A stretch of DNA of 63,328 bases, filler included, from Octopus bimaculoides (Eukaryota), in assembly GCF_001194135.2 (NCBI RefSeq). It is 5 parts of 5 records of this genome, joined end to end, with 100 filler letters (N's around TTAATTAATTAA, not from the genome) between each part and the next. Parts side by side here need not be neighbours in the genome. Positions count along the whole stretch, not along the records: positions 26,192 to 49,218 come from NC_068984.1; positions 49,319 to 55,807 come from NC_068983.1; 3 more parts are not named here. One strand, given 5' to 3'. Shown piece by piece: positions 39,120-53,385 of this stretch (position 1 is its first letter; every line of letters starts with the position of its first letter). The notes under the pieces are model-generated. The model saw nothing but the letters and a program-made list of their open reading frames with translations, was not told the DNA's origin and searched no databases. The position numbers and the translations under genes were made by a program.

Positions 39120-40401
39120 ATTTTTCATTTTTTTGTTCAATTTGGTAGTTGATCGTCTGGAATTTTTTAAATATTTTTTTCTTTCAGTTTAGCAATTTCT
39201 TTCCGTCTTGTGAATATTGATTTTTCAAACGGATTTACTGATGCACAAAACAAGATTTGTAAACTGGCCAATTCCGATCACTTCCGAAGTTGTACGCCCT
39301 GCACTGAATGCTGTTATCAAATCATCTTTGACAAACTCACTGACTTTGTGGGATCATCAAGTTTGTTAGGAATGAAGATACGAATGGAATGGGATTGGAA
39401 TGATTCTTCCTGTAATACCATTGCAATACTAATGATGGTCTGGCCTGGAGGAAGACTATGTGCCCATAGTGTTTGCAGAATCTTGGAGGATGGTGCAAAC
39501 AACACGGTTTTTCTTTGTTCTTGAAGTGTTTCAAATTGTGAATTGAAGGAAAAGTATGGACAGGGAGAGGATTCGAATGGAATAACATTCTGAAGAGGAC
39601 AAGGAATTTGCATGAAACTTGGCGACGGGGAGTGGAGTAGAGACAATACAGTTTGATAAAGGGAGATAAAAAAGGTGAGTATGACTCCGAATGTAAGGGT
39701 GATCTGAGCAACAAAGAAATAGAAACCACTGTCGTAGTAACGGACGAAAGGGCAGAGAGAGAGGAGACGTCCATGTCATGTGGAACATCTTCATTGGAAA
39801 ATGATTCAAAATGGAAATGCCTTTGAGTCGGTTTCCCGTTGCTTTATCCAAACAGGAACTAAACTGATAAAGACGATAACAAACTAATGAACTTCTCACT
39901 TTATTAGGCATTCCACTGCTTTCAACGGTGAGCTATTCCTTTTCAACTTTGTAGTACATAATTTCAGTCCAAAGGAAAGATTTGGGCGAAAAAGTTAAGT
40001 GTCTCGGTCATATATTTCTTGAAGTGCCATATTATGGCCAGAGCACAAAATATCAATCATTTGGCTGTTGTAGGGCATCGTATAGATCTGGTTATTGTCA
40101 TCTTCTGGACGAGAAATGACCAGATCTAAATGGGAAATAGAGATGTAACATGATGGCTATCGCAGAAAAATAATTTCCATGTAGTGTATCGTGGGAAAAT
40201 AATCATGACACAGCTTTGTGTTGATTTACCATTGTCTGTCATGAAAATGTTAAGCATAAGAGTGCATTCTAACGAGGCATGTGATATATTTTACTATGCT
40301 TTCTAGACTCTGATACATATTTAGATAAACTAAGGAGACCTGCATATCTTTCTTGCGTGAACCATGTACCTCAGATGCACATATAGAAACTTACACACAC
40401 A

Positions 40402-40473
<72 letters not shown>

Positions 40474-40694
40474 TACGCGTATATATTATTTATAGCTTTT
40501 CAGCTTCGGATTTAATCGTCAAAAACGAATTATCCCATACGTTCTCTCAAAGTTTCTAAACTTCTTTTGACAGCAATAATATATATGTGTGTGCATGTAT
40601 GTGGGTAGCGAGGACAGAATTAGTCTCTGATTTCAGCTCTCATGCCTATCTATCGCTGCTTTTACTGTTTTTTTTTTTTATATTAAGTCCTGTC

Positions 40695-40906
40695 GATGGC
40701 AAGCTCTCAGAATCGTTAGAATGCCGGGCATAAATCTTAGTGATATTTCGCCCGTCTTTACGTTTTGAGTTCAAATTGCTACCGAGGTCAACTTTTCATT
40801 CTCTCAGGTTCGATAAATGAAGTACCAGTTGAGTACTGGGGTCGATGTAATCTAGTTACCCCACCCCGAATTCGCTGACCTTGTGCCGAAATTTGAAACC
40901 AATATT
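40695..40906 (+). mobile_element. SINE family B (gtgccaaaatttgaaaccaat tail subtype)
   Basis: Family B core plus a distinct tail. Confidence 0.85.
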
Positions 40907-41775
40907 GAATCCCGTGGGTGGATGTGTCGATGAATTTATATTCGTTGGTAAGACAAATATTTGAGTAGAAACAGGAAGTGAGATGTCAAACAGTCAGAAC
41001 CCAATCCAACACATCAAACTATAGTGACTTATCAAAAGTAGACATAAGTAATAAAGCTCGCACGCACGAGCACTAACGTAAACGCGAACCACATAAACTC
41101 TGATTACTAAAGCATAAAAGTACGTGCAACAACATTATAAAAACATTCAACACACACACAATTCAAACGTTATAAACTATAAATACTGGAGCAAAGATAT
41201 AATAAGCAGGTGATTATTATTAGAAAGTGCACATTAACACGGATCAAAGTATTAATAAGGTCGCAAGATTTGAGGGAAAGGCTCTTACAAACGACCTGAT
41301 TGACTGATCAAACGATTTCTCAAAACAAATAATTAGTTAATTAGAGAGTTAGTTAACTGAAAATAATAAAAATAACATTAACGGTCGCACATACATCGTG
41401 TATGTGTTTTGTTTATACGCTAATTTTGCTGCGGGATAGCGTCTAGGGAATTCTTCTTATACGATGTCAAGTGGTAAAAAACACCTGGATATCACAGGCC
41501 AAATGTTCTTTAACACTTAGCGTCTTATAGTGAGCTTTCCAGGGGCAAATTTGGCGTATAAACAAAGCACACACACTATATATGTGCAACCGATAATATT
41601 TACATCACTTGGGCTGTTTTTAATTCGTAAATTAATAACAAGAATTGAAATACAACTAGTAAGTGTATATCTCACGATTTACAACATACATTCATATATT
41701 ACATGTAAGTTATATTTAAGGACTATCTCCATATCGGTTCTAATTTATTTATTTAATTCGATATTTATTGCGTTA

Positions 41776-41995
41776 AAGAGGCAAGCTAATAGAATCGTTA
41801 CTGTACCGGACAATATGATTATCGGTATTTCTTCCGACTTTACATTCTGAGTTCAAATTCCACCGAGGTCCACTGTACCTGCTATTCTTTTATAGTCGAT
41901 AAAATAAAGTACCAGTTAAGTACTGAGGTCAATGAAATAGACTAAGCTCCTCTAGCAAAGTTTTCGGTCTTATACCTATAGTAGAAAGGATTATT
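41776..41995 (+). mobile_element. SINE family B (gtagaaagga tail)
   Basis: Family B core. Confidence 0.8.
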
Positions 41996-43298
41996 TAATA
42001 TGATGCTCAAGAGAATTTTACCTTTAAAATCAAATGTTTAAAGTATCAAAGTAACCCAGATTGTTTTTATTTGAATAAACGTGAACAATCATGAAAAGGA
42101 GCTTAATCTGGTAACCTTCCTCTGTCAAAAATTAAATTTTAAAAAAGCTGGGATTATCAAGAAATAAAAGGAAGTGTTAATTGAAGAAGTCAATCAAGAA
42201 TGAAACATGCACTGAACGCCTGACTGGTTGGGATCATACCACTATTTCATGCTTTGTTCGTGGTAGCATAGCAGTAAGTCGAAAACTTTTTGATTAATCG
42301 ACTAAATATTTCGTTCGACTACGTAGCAACACACTTCCTTTCATAGCATTTATCCTCTTTATTGTAGATGTCTCACGTTTTATTTGTAGCAATGTAATTG
42401 CTTCAGCTATCGTTGGTGTCACAATTTTCGTGGAGATTCGGGAAGAATGAAAGGAAGAGAAGAAAAAAGTATCCCAGAATTCGACAAGTGTGCTATTTAG
42501 CCCTTGGAAGGATGAAAGTTGGCCGTTGGTCACGGCAGGATTTAAAATTAGAACACTAAGAGATAGGAAAAATCGTAAGGCTTTGACTGACGCTCTGACA
42601 CTTCTGGCAACGTTTATGTACACAAAACGGCAATGAATTTTTAAAAAAATTAATTATGTTTTAACAATTGTAGCAAATTTAATGGTTATTGTTTTTACAC
42701 CAGGTCATCTCTAATCAACAGAACTATAAACGGCATTCTCGTCGTGACCATTCCATATTTATTTCTAGATATTGCATATCATGAACTACACTGTACAGGA
42801 TGACCTGTGTTTTCCTTTTGTAGAGATGGTAGAGTGAGATTTGAGAGAGATTAGGCTCCTTTTTTTTTCCGACAACTAAGAGCACTGCGCAGTTTTCAAG
42901 ATGACAGTGTGGAATTGTGGGAGATTTGGTTGCTAATCTAGTAAGTCGAGCGACCACACAGTCATGAGGATGGCAATGTAGGTTTCCAAGGACATTGGAT
43001 TGCTGTTTCCAGCGGGTCGAATGAGCACGCAAAGGCTCTCATTTAACTTCATATAATAACTTGGGTTTACTTTCATGTAATAAGTGCGGTTGGGTGTGGG
43101 GTTTGGGGTGACATTTTTCTTACAGCTCAGATATCAAACGTATATAAGGGAAGATTGAGAGCGTGGTAGTGATATTATTTCATTTCTCCTCCTTATAAGT
43201 GATAGGGAAGCCGAATAGAAATATTTTAGGATGATAGATCTGAAAAAATACATAAATTCTACCATCATATATAGCTTATATCAAAGTTCTTGAACAAA

Positions 43299-43329
<31 letters not shown>

Positions 43330-43483
43330 AAAGAGAAATTTAATCAAATTCAACAGTTCCGCCATTAACCTTCTTTTATTGGGCAATAAAAGAAATTTTA
43401 TTACGATTATTATTGCTCTTCTTCTTCTTCTTCTTCTTCTTCTTCTTCTTCTTCTTCTTCTTCTTCTTCTTCTTCTTCTTCTT

Positions 43484-43564
<81 letters not shown>

Positions 43565-44240
43565 GTGGCTGTTGTTGTTATTTACTTGGGTGTGTGTTTT
43601 TTTTTAAATAACAGAATACTATGAAAAAATGTGATAGTGTAGAAAAAAAATGCTTATTGAAGATGGCTTGATACGTAAAACGATAAAATAATGAATAAAG
43701 AAAACTACAAGCCCAGTTGTGAACGTGTACATACATACGTACAGACATACATACATACGTACATACATACGTACATACATACATACATACGTACATACCT
43801 ACATACATACATACATACATACATATANNNNNNNNNNNNNNNNNNNNNNNNNNNNNNNNNNNNNNNNNNNNNNNNNNNNNNNNNNNNNNNNNNNNNNNNN
43901 NNNNNNNNNNNNNNNNNNNNNNNNNNNNNNNNNNNNNNNNNNNNNNNNNNNNNNNNNNNNNNNNNNNNNNNNNNNNNNNNNNNNNNNNNNNNNNNNNNNN
44001 NNNNNNNNNNNNNNNNNNNNNNNNNNNNNNNNNNNNNNNNNNNNNNNNNNNNNNNNNNNNNNNNNNNNNNNNNNNNNNNNNNNNNNNNNNNNNNNNNNNN
44101 NNNNNNNNNNNNNNNNNNNNNNNNNNNNNNNNNNNNNNNNNNNNNNNNNNNNNNNNNNNNNNNNNNNNNNNNNNNNNNNNNNNNNNNNNNNNNNNNNNNN
44201 NNNNNNNNNNNNNNNNNNNNNNNNNNNNNNNNNNNNNNNN

Positions 44241-44272
<32 letters not shown>

Positions 44273-44527
44273 CATGCGGATTTGTTTATATACACTCATA
44301 CATATACGTCATTTATTCACACATACATGCATGCATGCACATATTTCTGTCAGGATATTCTTGTTCAGTCGCTTATATTCCACGCTCACGAACATATATA
44401 TGTATATAACCACGTTTATGCGTAACCGTGTGTTTATTTGCTTAACTAAATTACTTTCGATGTATATCTCCCAGCCAATAAATATATTTATTCAACTATT
44501 TATGCTCATATATACACTTGTATCTGA

Positions 44528-44587
<60 letters not shown>

Positions 44588-44706
44588 ATGTATGTATGTA
44601 TAAAGAGAAATGTAGAAAGTGATGCACACATATATTTGTATATTATAAATATAGGTCTTCTTTTGCATATATCAGTCCAAGTATATGTATGTAAGCATTG
44701 ATAGAT

Positions 44707-44742
<36 letters not shown>

Positions 44743-45093
44743 ACACACACACACACACACNNNNNNNNNNNNNNNNNNNNNNNNNNNNNNNNNNNNNNNN
44801 NNNNNNNNNNNNNNNNNNNNNNNNNNNNNNNNNNNNNNNNNNNNNNNNNNNNNNNNNNNNNNNNNNNNNNNNNNNNNNNNNNNNNNNNNNNNNNNNNNNN
44901 NNNNNNNNNNNNNNNNNNNNNNNNNNNNNNNNNNNNNNNNNNNNNNNNNNNNNNNNNNNNNNNNNNNNNNNNNNNNNNNNNNNNNNNNNNNNNNNNNNNN
45001 NNNNNNNNNNNNNNNNNNNNNNNNNNNNNNNNNNNNNNNNNNNNNNNNNNNNNNNNNNNNNNNNNNNNNNNNNNNNNNNNNNNNNNNNNNNNN

Positions 45094-45134
<41 letters not shown>

Positions 45135-45631
45135 ATGTTTGGATGAATGCCTCTATATAGGCTTCTCAGCATCTATGTAAGTATAAATGCGTATATAAAT
45201 GGAAATATATGTTCGACTGTAAACATCTTTTGAATATATGCATCAATATCTCTCTCCTTGATTGAAGTCATAATATTCGTTTTGCTATATGCTTCGTTTG
45301 CTGATGTGATAGATAAATATAATAGTTAGAAAGCATGGTTGAAAAGAAATGGTTGGCTTGCGTTATCCAAATTCCATCCTTTTACGTGTTTGCAATCTTA
45401 ATGCATTATATCTTTGAAGACTACCATTATCATTTCTTGTGATTTGCATATTATGCAATAAGTGTCTCATTTGCTGTTCTTTCTGCAATTTCTCCAATAA
45501 AATAGATTCCGGTCTTTAATTAAGAAACATTACACTTTACTTTAAATTTGGGCAGCAACAAATGTTATTATAGCATTATAGGCTGAGATTGTGAAATTTC
45601 AAGAACGGTTTTGAAATGTCTTGTAATATAC

Positions 45632-45686
<55 letters not shown>

Positions 45687-45816
45687 GCCTTTGACATAAA
45701 ATGTGAGTTTACAAAATTGCTATTTCAATAATTCGTGGCATAGAGTATGTAATTATAGGTGTAGCTAATGTGTGTGTGTGTGTGTGTGCACGCGGGCATT
45801 CGTGCGTGTGTGCGTG

Positions 45817-45929
<113 letters not shown>

Positions 45930-46642
45930 CCACAGTGTTTTGTGAATGTTTTTTTATTACTAAACAAGGATAGAGAATATAATATCTAAGTAAATTTATT
46001 GTATATATTAGCTAAGGTCACTTTACATCTCGTTCAGGGTTTAATACCTAGAGGGAATGCTTAGATAAGAGTATTTAGTAGTAAGAGATCCAATACAGTT
46101 AGATAATACCACTGACACGGAGCAGGCTTCTGTTTGTCTTCATCTGGGTTGTCAGTTGGTTTAGATATGGCGGGAGAACGGTTTGTGTAGGTGACGCATT
46201 AATCTAATTCTTGTAAGCTACAGAAATAAAATTTATTCCCATGATGAATTTTTTATTTTATTTACAAGCTGTTGTACTCTTCTTATTTATAAATTTAAAG
46301 GTGGATTTGTAATTTGTGTCCATCACACACTAAATATGATTTGGTAAATTCCAAAGTATGATAGAGAGGAATTGCATCGCTTTACTAAAGACTGGCTTTG
46401 GAACTGCATGGAAAGTTCCAATACTGATTTATTAACGCCGCTAAAAGTGAAGTTAGGAGAGTAAAGAAACATGTCTAAACAGTATAACCCCATAATTAAG
46501 AAAGTTATGATATCGCGACAGCACACATGTACCGATAACATAGTTAATTCATCTGTAATATTGGTTTCAAATTATGACACAAATCTAGCAATTCTAGAGG
46601 AAGAAATAAGTCGATTATATCGACTTCAATGTTCAAGTGGTA

Positions 46643-46855
46643 CTTTCTACTATATGCACAAGGCCTGAAATTTCAGTGGAGAAGGCAAGTTGATTACATC
46701 AACCCCAGTACTTGTCCAGTGCTCAATTTATTGACGTTGAAATTGTTGAAAGACAAAGTCGACCTCGGCGGAATTTGAACTCAGAAATCAGAGAGAGACG
46801 AAATGCTGGGGAGCTTATTGTCCGGTGCAGTAATAATTCTGCCTGCTCGTCGCCT
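46643..46855 (-). mobile_element. SINE family B
   Basis: aaagtcgacctcggcggaatttgaactcag core. Confidence 0.85.
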
Positions 46856-46960
46856 AATACTCCAGGGTGTCCATAAAGTCTGGGTACATGAGGATTAACA
46901 CATACTTTAAGAAATTATTATTTCTTATATTTAACAGTTTCACCCTATAGAATGAAAAGT

Positions 46961-47163
46961 AAGGCGGCGAGCTGGCAGAATCGTTAGCGCACCGGACAAA
47001 ATATTTGTCCACATTTACATTCGGAGGTCAAATTCCATCGATGTTGTCTTTCATCTTTTCGGCATCGATAAAGTAATTACCGCTTCAGCACTGTGTTTAA
47101 TATAATAAACTTACCGTCTCTCCCCAACTTACTGACCTTGTGCCAAAATTTGAAACCAATATT
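46961..47163 (+). mobile_element. SINE family B (gaaaccaat tail)
   Basis: aaggcggcgagctggcagaatcgttagc head. Confidence 0.8.
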
Positions 47164-47232
47164 AGAATCAAATGTAAATTTATCCAGTTCGATCCATTGA
47201 CATTTTACCCATTCATTTCTTAAACTTCAAGA

Positions 47233-47397
47233 GGCGCAGGAGTGGCTGTGCGGTAAGTAGCTTGTTTACCAACCACATGGTTCCGGGTTCAGTCCGACTG
47301 TGTGGCGCCTTGGGAAAGTGTCTTCTACTATAGCCTCGGGCCAACCAAAGCCTTGTGAGTGTATTTGGTAGACGGAAACTGAAAGAAGTCCGTCGTA

Positions 47398-47488
<91 letters not shown>

Positions 47489-47639
47489 ATATGTTTGTGT
47501 GTCTGTGTTTGTCTCCCCAATATCGCTTGACAACCGATGCTGGTGTGTTTACCTCCCCGTAAAATAGCAGTTCGGCAAAAAGAGACCGATAGAATAAGTA
47601 CTAGACTTACAAAGAATAAGTCCTGAAACAAGTAAAAGA
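47233..47639 (+). mobile_element. SINE family A with a deletion near the 3' end
   Basis: Matches the A consensus, then jumps gtcctg|aaacaagtaaaaga. Confidence 0.9.
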
Positions 47640-47699
47640 ACGTCTAGAAATCCCTGGTCTGATAGCGCTAGAAGAGGGCCATTGTCAGCTCAGAATAAA

Positions 47700-47860
47700 T
47701 ACTACAGGAACGGAAGTGATTTCAACCGAACCTTCCATGGGTGCGCGTAGATTTTTGAACAATTATTGTCTTGAGTCCATCGTGAACATCGTTCCGCCAT
47801 CTTCTTTTGTCCAGAAGTGGGAAGCAGTTATCTCTTTTTCGACCATGGCGAACTAGAAAT
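47700..47860. promoter_or_regulatory. Candidate promoter or first-exon patch
   Basis: ETS-like acggaagtg (47710), YY1-like ccgccatctt (47794) and catggcg (47844) in unique, CpG-richer DNA. Confidence 0.3.
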
Positions 47861-48289
47861 GTACGAAAAGCAAAACTGAAAAGAACTGAAGACACACTTT
47901 TAGCAAGTCCTTACCAACTTTTTAAAGTAAAGAACGTAGAATAAGTCCCTCCTGTGTGGTGCGTTTGTATATCTGAGAGTAAAGTCATAATCGCAACCTG
48001 CGCCTTTAAGCCGGGTGAACAGAAGTGTAGAACACTTGCTTTTGGCACATAGGGTAATCAAAACTCTGCGGGATTCTTTGATCCCAGGTAACTTTGCCCT
48101 ATTAGAACAATTTATTTCCCTTCCTCTGAGATCAAATCCCCACAAAGTCAACTTTGCTTTGATTTATCAGGAGTCTATAGCATAAGTATTAGTTACATGC
48201 ATTCGGGTGGATATTATCGACTCTTCTCTTTTCCCCACTAAATATGCATCATAATTTTCAAGTTAGAAACCATTATTACAAATGGCTTT

Positions 48290-48508
48290 AAGGTGGCGAG
48301 CTGGCAGAATCGTTAGCACGCCGGACGAATTGCTTAGCAGTATTTCGTCTGCCGCTAAGTTTTGAGTTCAAATTCCCCAGAGGTCGACGTTGCCTTTCAT
48401 CCTTTCGGTGTCGATAAATTAAGTACCAATAAAACACTGGAGTTGACGTAATCGACTCATCTTCTCTCCACAAATTTCAGGCCTTGTGCCTTCAGTAGAA
48501 AGGATTAT
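48290..48508 (+). mobile_element. SINE family B, full length
   Basis: Close match to the array units at 31-33 kb. Confidence 0.9.
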
Positions 48509-49335
48509 TACAATAGGTCTTCTGTTTAAAAATTAAAGCTAGTTGTCTAGAGAGAAAATCAGTTCGTACAGCACCAGTAACATCAAAGAAAGTATGTGTG
48601 CTCTGAAGTCGTGCAAAGATTGTTTGTAACTATTTATAGTTACTAACGTTTTATCTCATTCTGTTACTATCCTTTTATGTTCAACCTCAATGTATTGATA
48701 GCTTGCTTTAAATAATATATTGTCTGCCAGAGCTAAACTGCTTTTGTTTTGTAACGCCTCACTGCTGTATTCTTACATGTTATGATATTTCCACTGTAAA
48801 TGAGCATTTTCTCTTCTTTCAGTGCTTTATGTTCAACCACACTGCTAGCTAGCCTTCTATAAAATGTTTTCTACGATAACAAAGCTGTTTTTGTCTTTCT
48901 TCTTTAGGTTTCTTTTGTAAATTACAAATTTATTTTTGAATAATTTTGGCTTCTCGTTTTGAGGCAAAGATTTGCAGAAAAGACCATTTGGGTTCGATTT
49001 TACTGTGAGGGATCTCAAGCAAGTGTTTTTTTCATTTTATTATCGTAGATTTCGGTGGACCAATGCTTTTTAAGTTGAATATGGTTGACAAAAACTGTGT
49101 GAAAGCTGGCTCTATATTATGTGGAGGAGGGAAGAGAGAGAGAGGGAAAGAGAGACCGTGTGTGTGTGTATATGTATGCCCTATTCTCCATGGTGAGTGA
49201 AGTGTGTATGTATATATGNNNNNNNNNNNNNNNNNNNNNNNNNNNNNNNNNNNNNNNNNNNNTTAATTAATTAANNNNNNNNNNNNNNNNNNNNNNNNNN
49301 NNNNNNNNNNNNNNNNNNTATAAATAGAGAGAGAG

Positions 49336-49366
<31 letters not shown>

Positions 49367-49379
49367 GAGAAGAGATATA

Positions 49380-49537
49380 TCGCTTTTCAAATTCTGACAT
49401 AAGCCGGCAAGTTCGGCTCCAGTATTTTACGATCCCGAAAGGGTGAAAGACGGCGAAGTTTGAGCTCAGAAGACAATGACAGGCGAAATGCCTCTAAGCG
49501 TTTTCCCGCGTGTGATAAATACACTGCTAGCTCACCG
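49380..49537 (-). mobile_element. SINE family B, degenerate
   Basis: cgatcccgaaagggtgaaag...gagctcagaagac...ctaagcg. Confidence 0.6.
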
Positions 49538-49639
49538 AGTGAAGAGAAACGTTAACTTCTTATTGAGTTAAGGAGGCTCTCGAGGGTCAGGAAATATCTT
49601 CAAGACCTTTGTAACAACACTCTGTGTAGAGAGATAGAC

Positions 49640-50490
49640 CTATGGAATGGGGTTTATCTGGCATCATTTCCATTCATAAGAAAGGCAACTTGATGATATC
49701 TGTCCAAATAAAAATGGCTTCCCTCAAAACAGATCAACAACTTCGCAAATGTTAACTCTGCGAAGATTGACTGAAGAGATTCCAAGTCATAACCAAGTAG
49801 CTGTTCCTATCTTCATCGACTTCTGTAAGGTATTTGACTTCACAGACAGGAATATGTTAATGATTTTAAGTTCTTGCGGTGTTCCGGGTTGCATCATTGA
49901 AGCAGTCGTCTACATCGGTTACTTTGGAAGGCGATACCGATTACTTGGAGATGAACAGTGGAATCCTAAAAAAGTGATCTTTTTTACTCCCTTTCTCTTC
50001 ATTGTGACCCTGGTCCATGCTCTGAGAATTACCATCACACCATGAGATGGAGTTACGTTCAAGAGACGTTGGAGCTCAAGCTACCCAGGAGAACTGCTTG
50101 CAGAATTTGTATTTGCACACGGTATATGTATTCTTGAAGACAACTCCTGAGCAGCCAAGGATTCACTCCGCCGTGTTCAGAGAACTATATAGGAACTTGG
50201 TTTGTTCTTGAACGCTTCGGTAACGAAGTGCATAAACTTAAATCCAGCCATCAATTCCCCGCTGTGCTTTCACTTGGTGGAACCAAAACGGAAATGCTAA
50301 AGACTTCAAGTTTGTGGGTGGCTATACCGAGACTTGTTTTGATGTCTCTGCTCGAAGCTGTCAGGCCTGAAGTCTGTCCACTTTCTTCGTAACGTCTGGA
50401 ATGCATCAATCAATCGATGCATCAAAATCAGGGTTTTCAAAGGCACTATGGAATCGATCATTCTTTATGGCTCAGAGTCATGGAACCTGG
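49640..50490 (+). mobile_element. Decayed RTE-clade LINE reverse-transcriptase fragment
   Basis: Peptides FIDFCKVFD, PFLFIVTL, FVFAHGICIL (FADD site degenerate), ELGLFLNASVTK and IKIRVFKGTMESIILYGSESW occur in RTE order. Confidence 0.85.
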
Positions 50491-52940
50491 CATCTGCATA
50501 CTGCCTTTACTACTTTGGGGAAATCGCACACAATTAACAAGATCTTATATGGGCATTTCCTTAAAAATTTCATAAAGCATTTTGTTGCTCTTGTTAGACA
50601 TGTAATAGGACACAGTGAAGCTACTGAGGGAGTTCAGCTATAGTCCCCCGTTGTGACTTGTAGACATGGTCGCTCGAACCTGACCATGAAGAAAATCCTT
50701 GGGGAAGACGGTGGACTACATGTCAGTGTCTTGATGAATGCGATGCAAACCGCGATACTGGAGAAACCAATTGGTGCTGACGGATTTTGAAAGAATAATT
50801 GAATACACAAACTTTTCTCTTATTTGAAGGATGAATTCTAGCCTTGGAATAAAAGTTGAGAACAACTTCTAGAGAAGCTCAGATAAATTTAAGTTGACTT
50901 TGCCACATATGAACTTGCTACATATTCAATAGGGGCGTCTAAAATTACACTCAATCCGCTATTCTGCCGGTTTAATTACTCAAACTACTATCACTATCTT
51001 GATATCTATGGAATTCAACATTCCCGATATCCTTCCGTGTTTTCTCGCGTACAGTAAATATCTCGCATAAATGCAGCGAACGTTGTACAACCATAGACGC
51101 ATTAAGTAAATTTTCAAACTGCATTCTCAAAGGTGCATTCCCACATATGTATGCTCAGCATATCAGCAGCCTTTCCTCTCTATACATGAAACAGTTCAGT
51201 AGCAATCTACCGCATGGTAATACCTACACACTGCGATGCTATGCTCATTTTATCTACTAAACATCACGCAATAGATATACCACGACACATTCATTGTTCA
51301 CTATTCCATACACATTTATTCACAACTTCACCCATAAACATGTCTCCCTATTCTCAGAAGCATATCCGTAAATAGTTTTCGCACACATCTCCTCATTTTA
51401 ATACATTTACCATTTCTTGGCTTACTAATTGCTCTTCACAGTCCGCCACTTTTCTCTTATTCTACAATTAATTTTTATCACACATTCAATATTGTACTTC
51501 TGTATTTTTCCTTTGAGGTTATAACAGTCAACTTTCCAAAACGTTTTTGTCCTTGCATTTTATTTTCTTTCCTCCACAACATTATTACTTGACCTTTTCA
51601 CACCATTCATTGTTTTTCTCGTTGACTTTGTTTTCTTTTTCTTTGCTTGTGTTTTTGCGCACTGACACAGACGCAACGCGAATTATCATTCTTTTCATAC
51701 CAGTAGACAATATCTTTTAAAATGAAAAGATGTCCAAGACTTAACGTCATAATATTAGGAAAATTTTTAGCGTAGGTTACGGGGATAATTGAAGCAAAAA
51801 TTACCATTTTAGTATGAAATGCAAGAAAAATAATAAACTTCGGCAACAATATCACAATAGCTAATTCATCTTTAAGTATATCACTGTTTCTGTAATATCC
51901 ACTACCTTTTGTTCAAGATACTATAGATTGATTTCAAGGATATTTGTCTGTTATATCCGGTGAGTTGATGCCGCCACAAAGATACTGTCTAGATGATTCT
52001 ATTTACGGGTTTTATGTGTATCGTTGTGAAAGCAAGTAGATGTTTATGTATATATTTGTTTGGATGTGTTTATGTAAATAGATACACAGGTAAGTATGTA
52101 TGCGTGTGATCCAGTCCGTATATATGAGTGTACATCTATAGTCCTTCGTTATGTATATGACACAAATGTGTCATTCAATAATGCTGTATTGAAAATATGG
52201 TTTATGTGCTTAATATGTATTTTTCTTCTAAATCTCATATAGATTTATTGATTCATAGTGGAAGATTATGCGGATTACAGTATGGTAATTCTTATACAAA
52301 ATGATTTATGTTGATTTTTCTCTGTTTGTCTTGGAATACTTTTTGAGGAATAAAAAATATGATTTAGCGACTTAAATACAAACATATTTAACTATTCCAA
52401 TATAGCAATGCTTCGATAGTTTACAATAATAATTCGTTTTGTTAAATACTTATATATGGCGTATTTATTAATGCTTGCTGCCAAAAATTATTTGTACCTC
52501 ATTGCATGTTTTTGGAAAGAGAAATTTTATATATCAATATTTTAAAAACACTTGTATTATTATACTTATTATTTCTTGTTTTACTCATCGATATTTAATA
52601 TAATTCAGCCAGAGTAGATATACTAAATTTCGAAGATCAACGCTGATTGTAATGTATAGTGTAGACATCAGTAGGTTATTGCTTTTCAAAGCAATGCCAA
52701 TGAAATACAGGCTCCAGAAACACAGAATTTCTGAAGTGAAAGTTTTCACAAACTGGTTGGTGAGGTGATGTTGACTATATACGAATAAATCAAGGAAGTT
52801 TATCTACGTTAGCTCGATAATGTGCAGGGCTGAAAAACAGAATGCTAGTTCAAGGGTGTAGAATCAATAAAATATATACATGGAATATAAAATAACGTTA
52901 TTCGTCTCCGTGAGAATGGTTCTAATTTATTATTGAGTGT

Positions 52941-53158
52941 AAGGCGGCGAAGTGACTGAATTGTTAGGACAAGGGGCAAAATACTTAGTGATATTTCGCC
53001 CGTCTTTACGTTGAGTTCATATTCCCCCGAGGTCAACTTTGCCTTTCATCATTTTGAGGTCGATAAAATAAGTACCAGTGAGACACTCGGGGTCGATGTA
53101 ATCGACTTACTCCCTCAGCTAAAGTTGCTGCTCTTATGCCAAAATTTGAAATCAATAT
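52941..53158 (+). mobile_element. SINE family B (gaaatcaat tail)
   Basis: Family B core. Confidence 0.85.
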
Positions 53159-53267
53159 ATTCTTGAGTAAGTTTTCTCCAATAAATCGCTCTAATGAGAA
53201 TTTACTAGCCTTACTCCTCTCTCTCTTTCCCTTTCGTTCTCTGTCTATCTGTCTGTCTCTCTATTTG

Positions 53268-53305
<38 letters not shown>

Positions 53306-53315
53306 NNNNNNNNNN

Positions 53316-53385
<70 letters not shown>

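Noticed and set aside
42855-42945. Apparent exon APFFFRQLRALRSFQDDSVELWEIWLLI with a GTAAGT donor
   Set aside because: The sequence resembles an old repeat also seen near 18600, 19200 and 29440 (gatttggctgcta..tctag...cgagc.acc)
937-45172. Long ORFs in the supplied track (e.g. 7193-8725, 11006-11838, 43719-44603)
   Set aside because: They consist of N runs translated as X plus microsatellite-derived YI, HT, CV and poly-L tracts
51930-51960. Possible micro-exon ending CCG|GTGAGT
   Set aside because: Weak acceptor, no recognisable peptide and no partner exons
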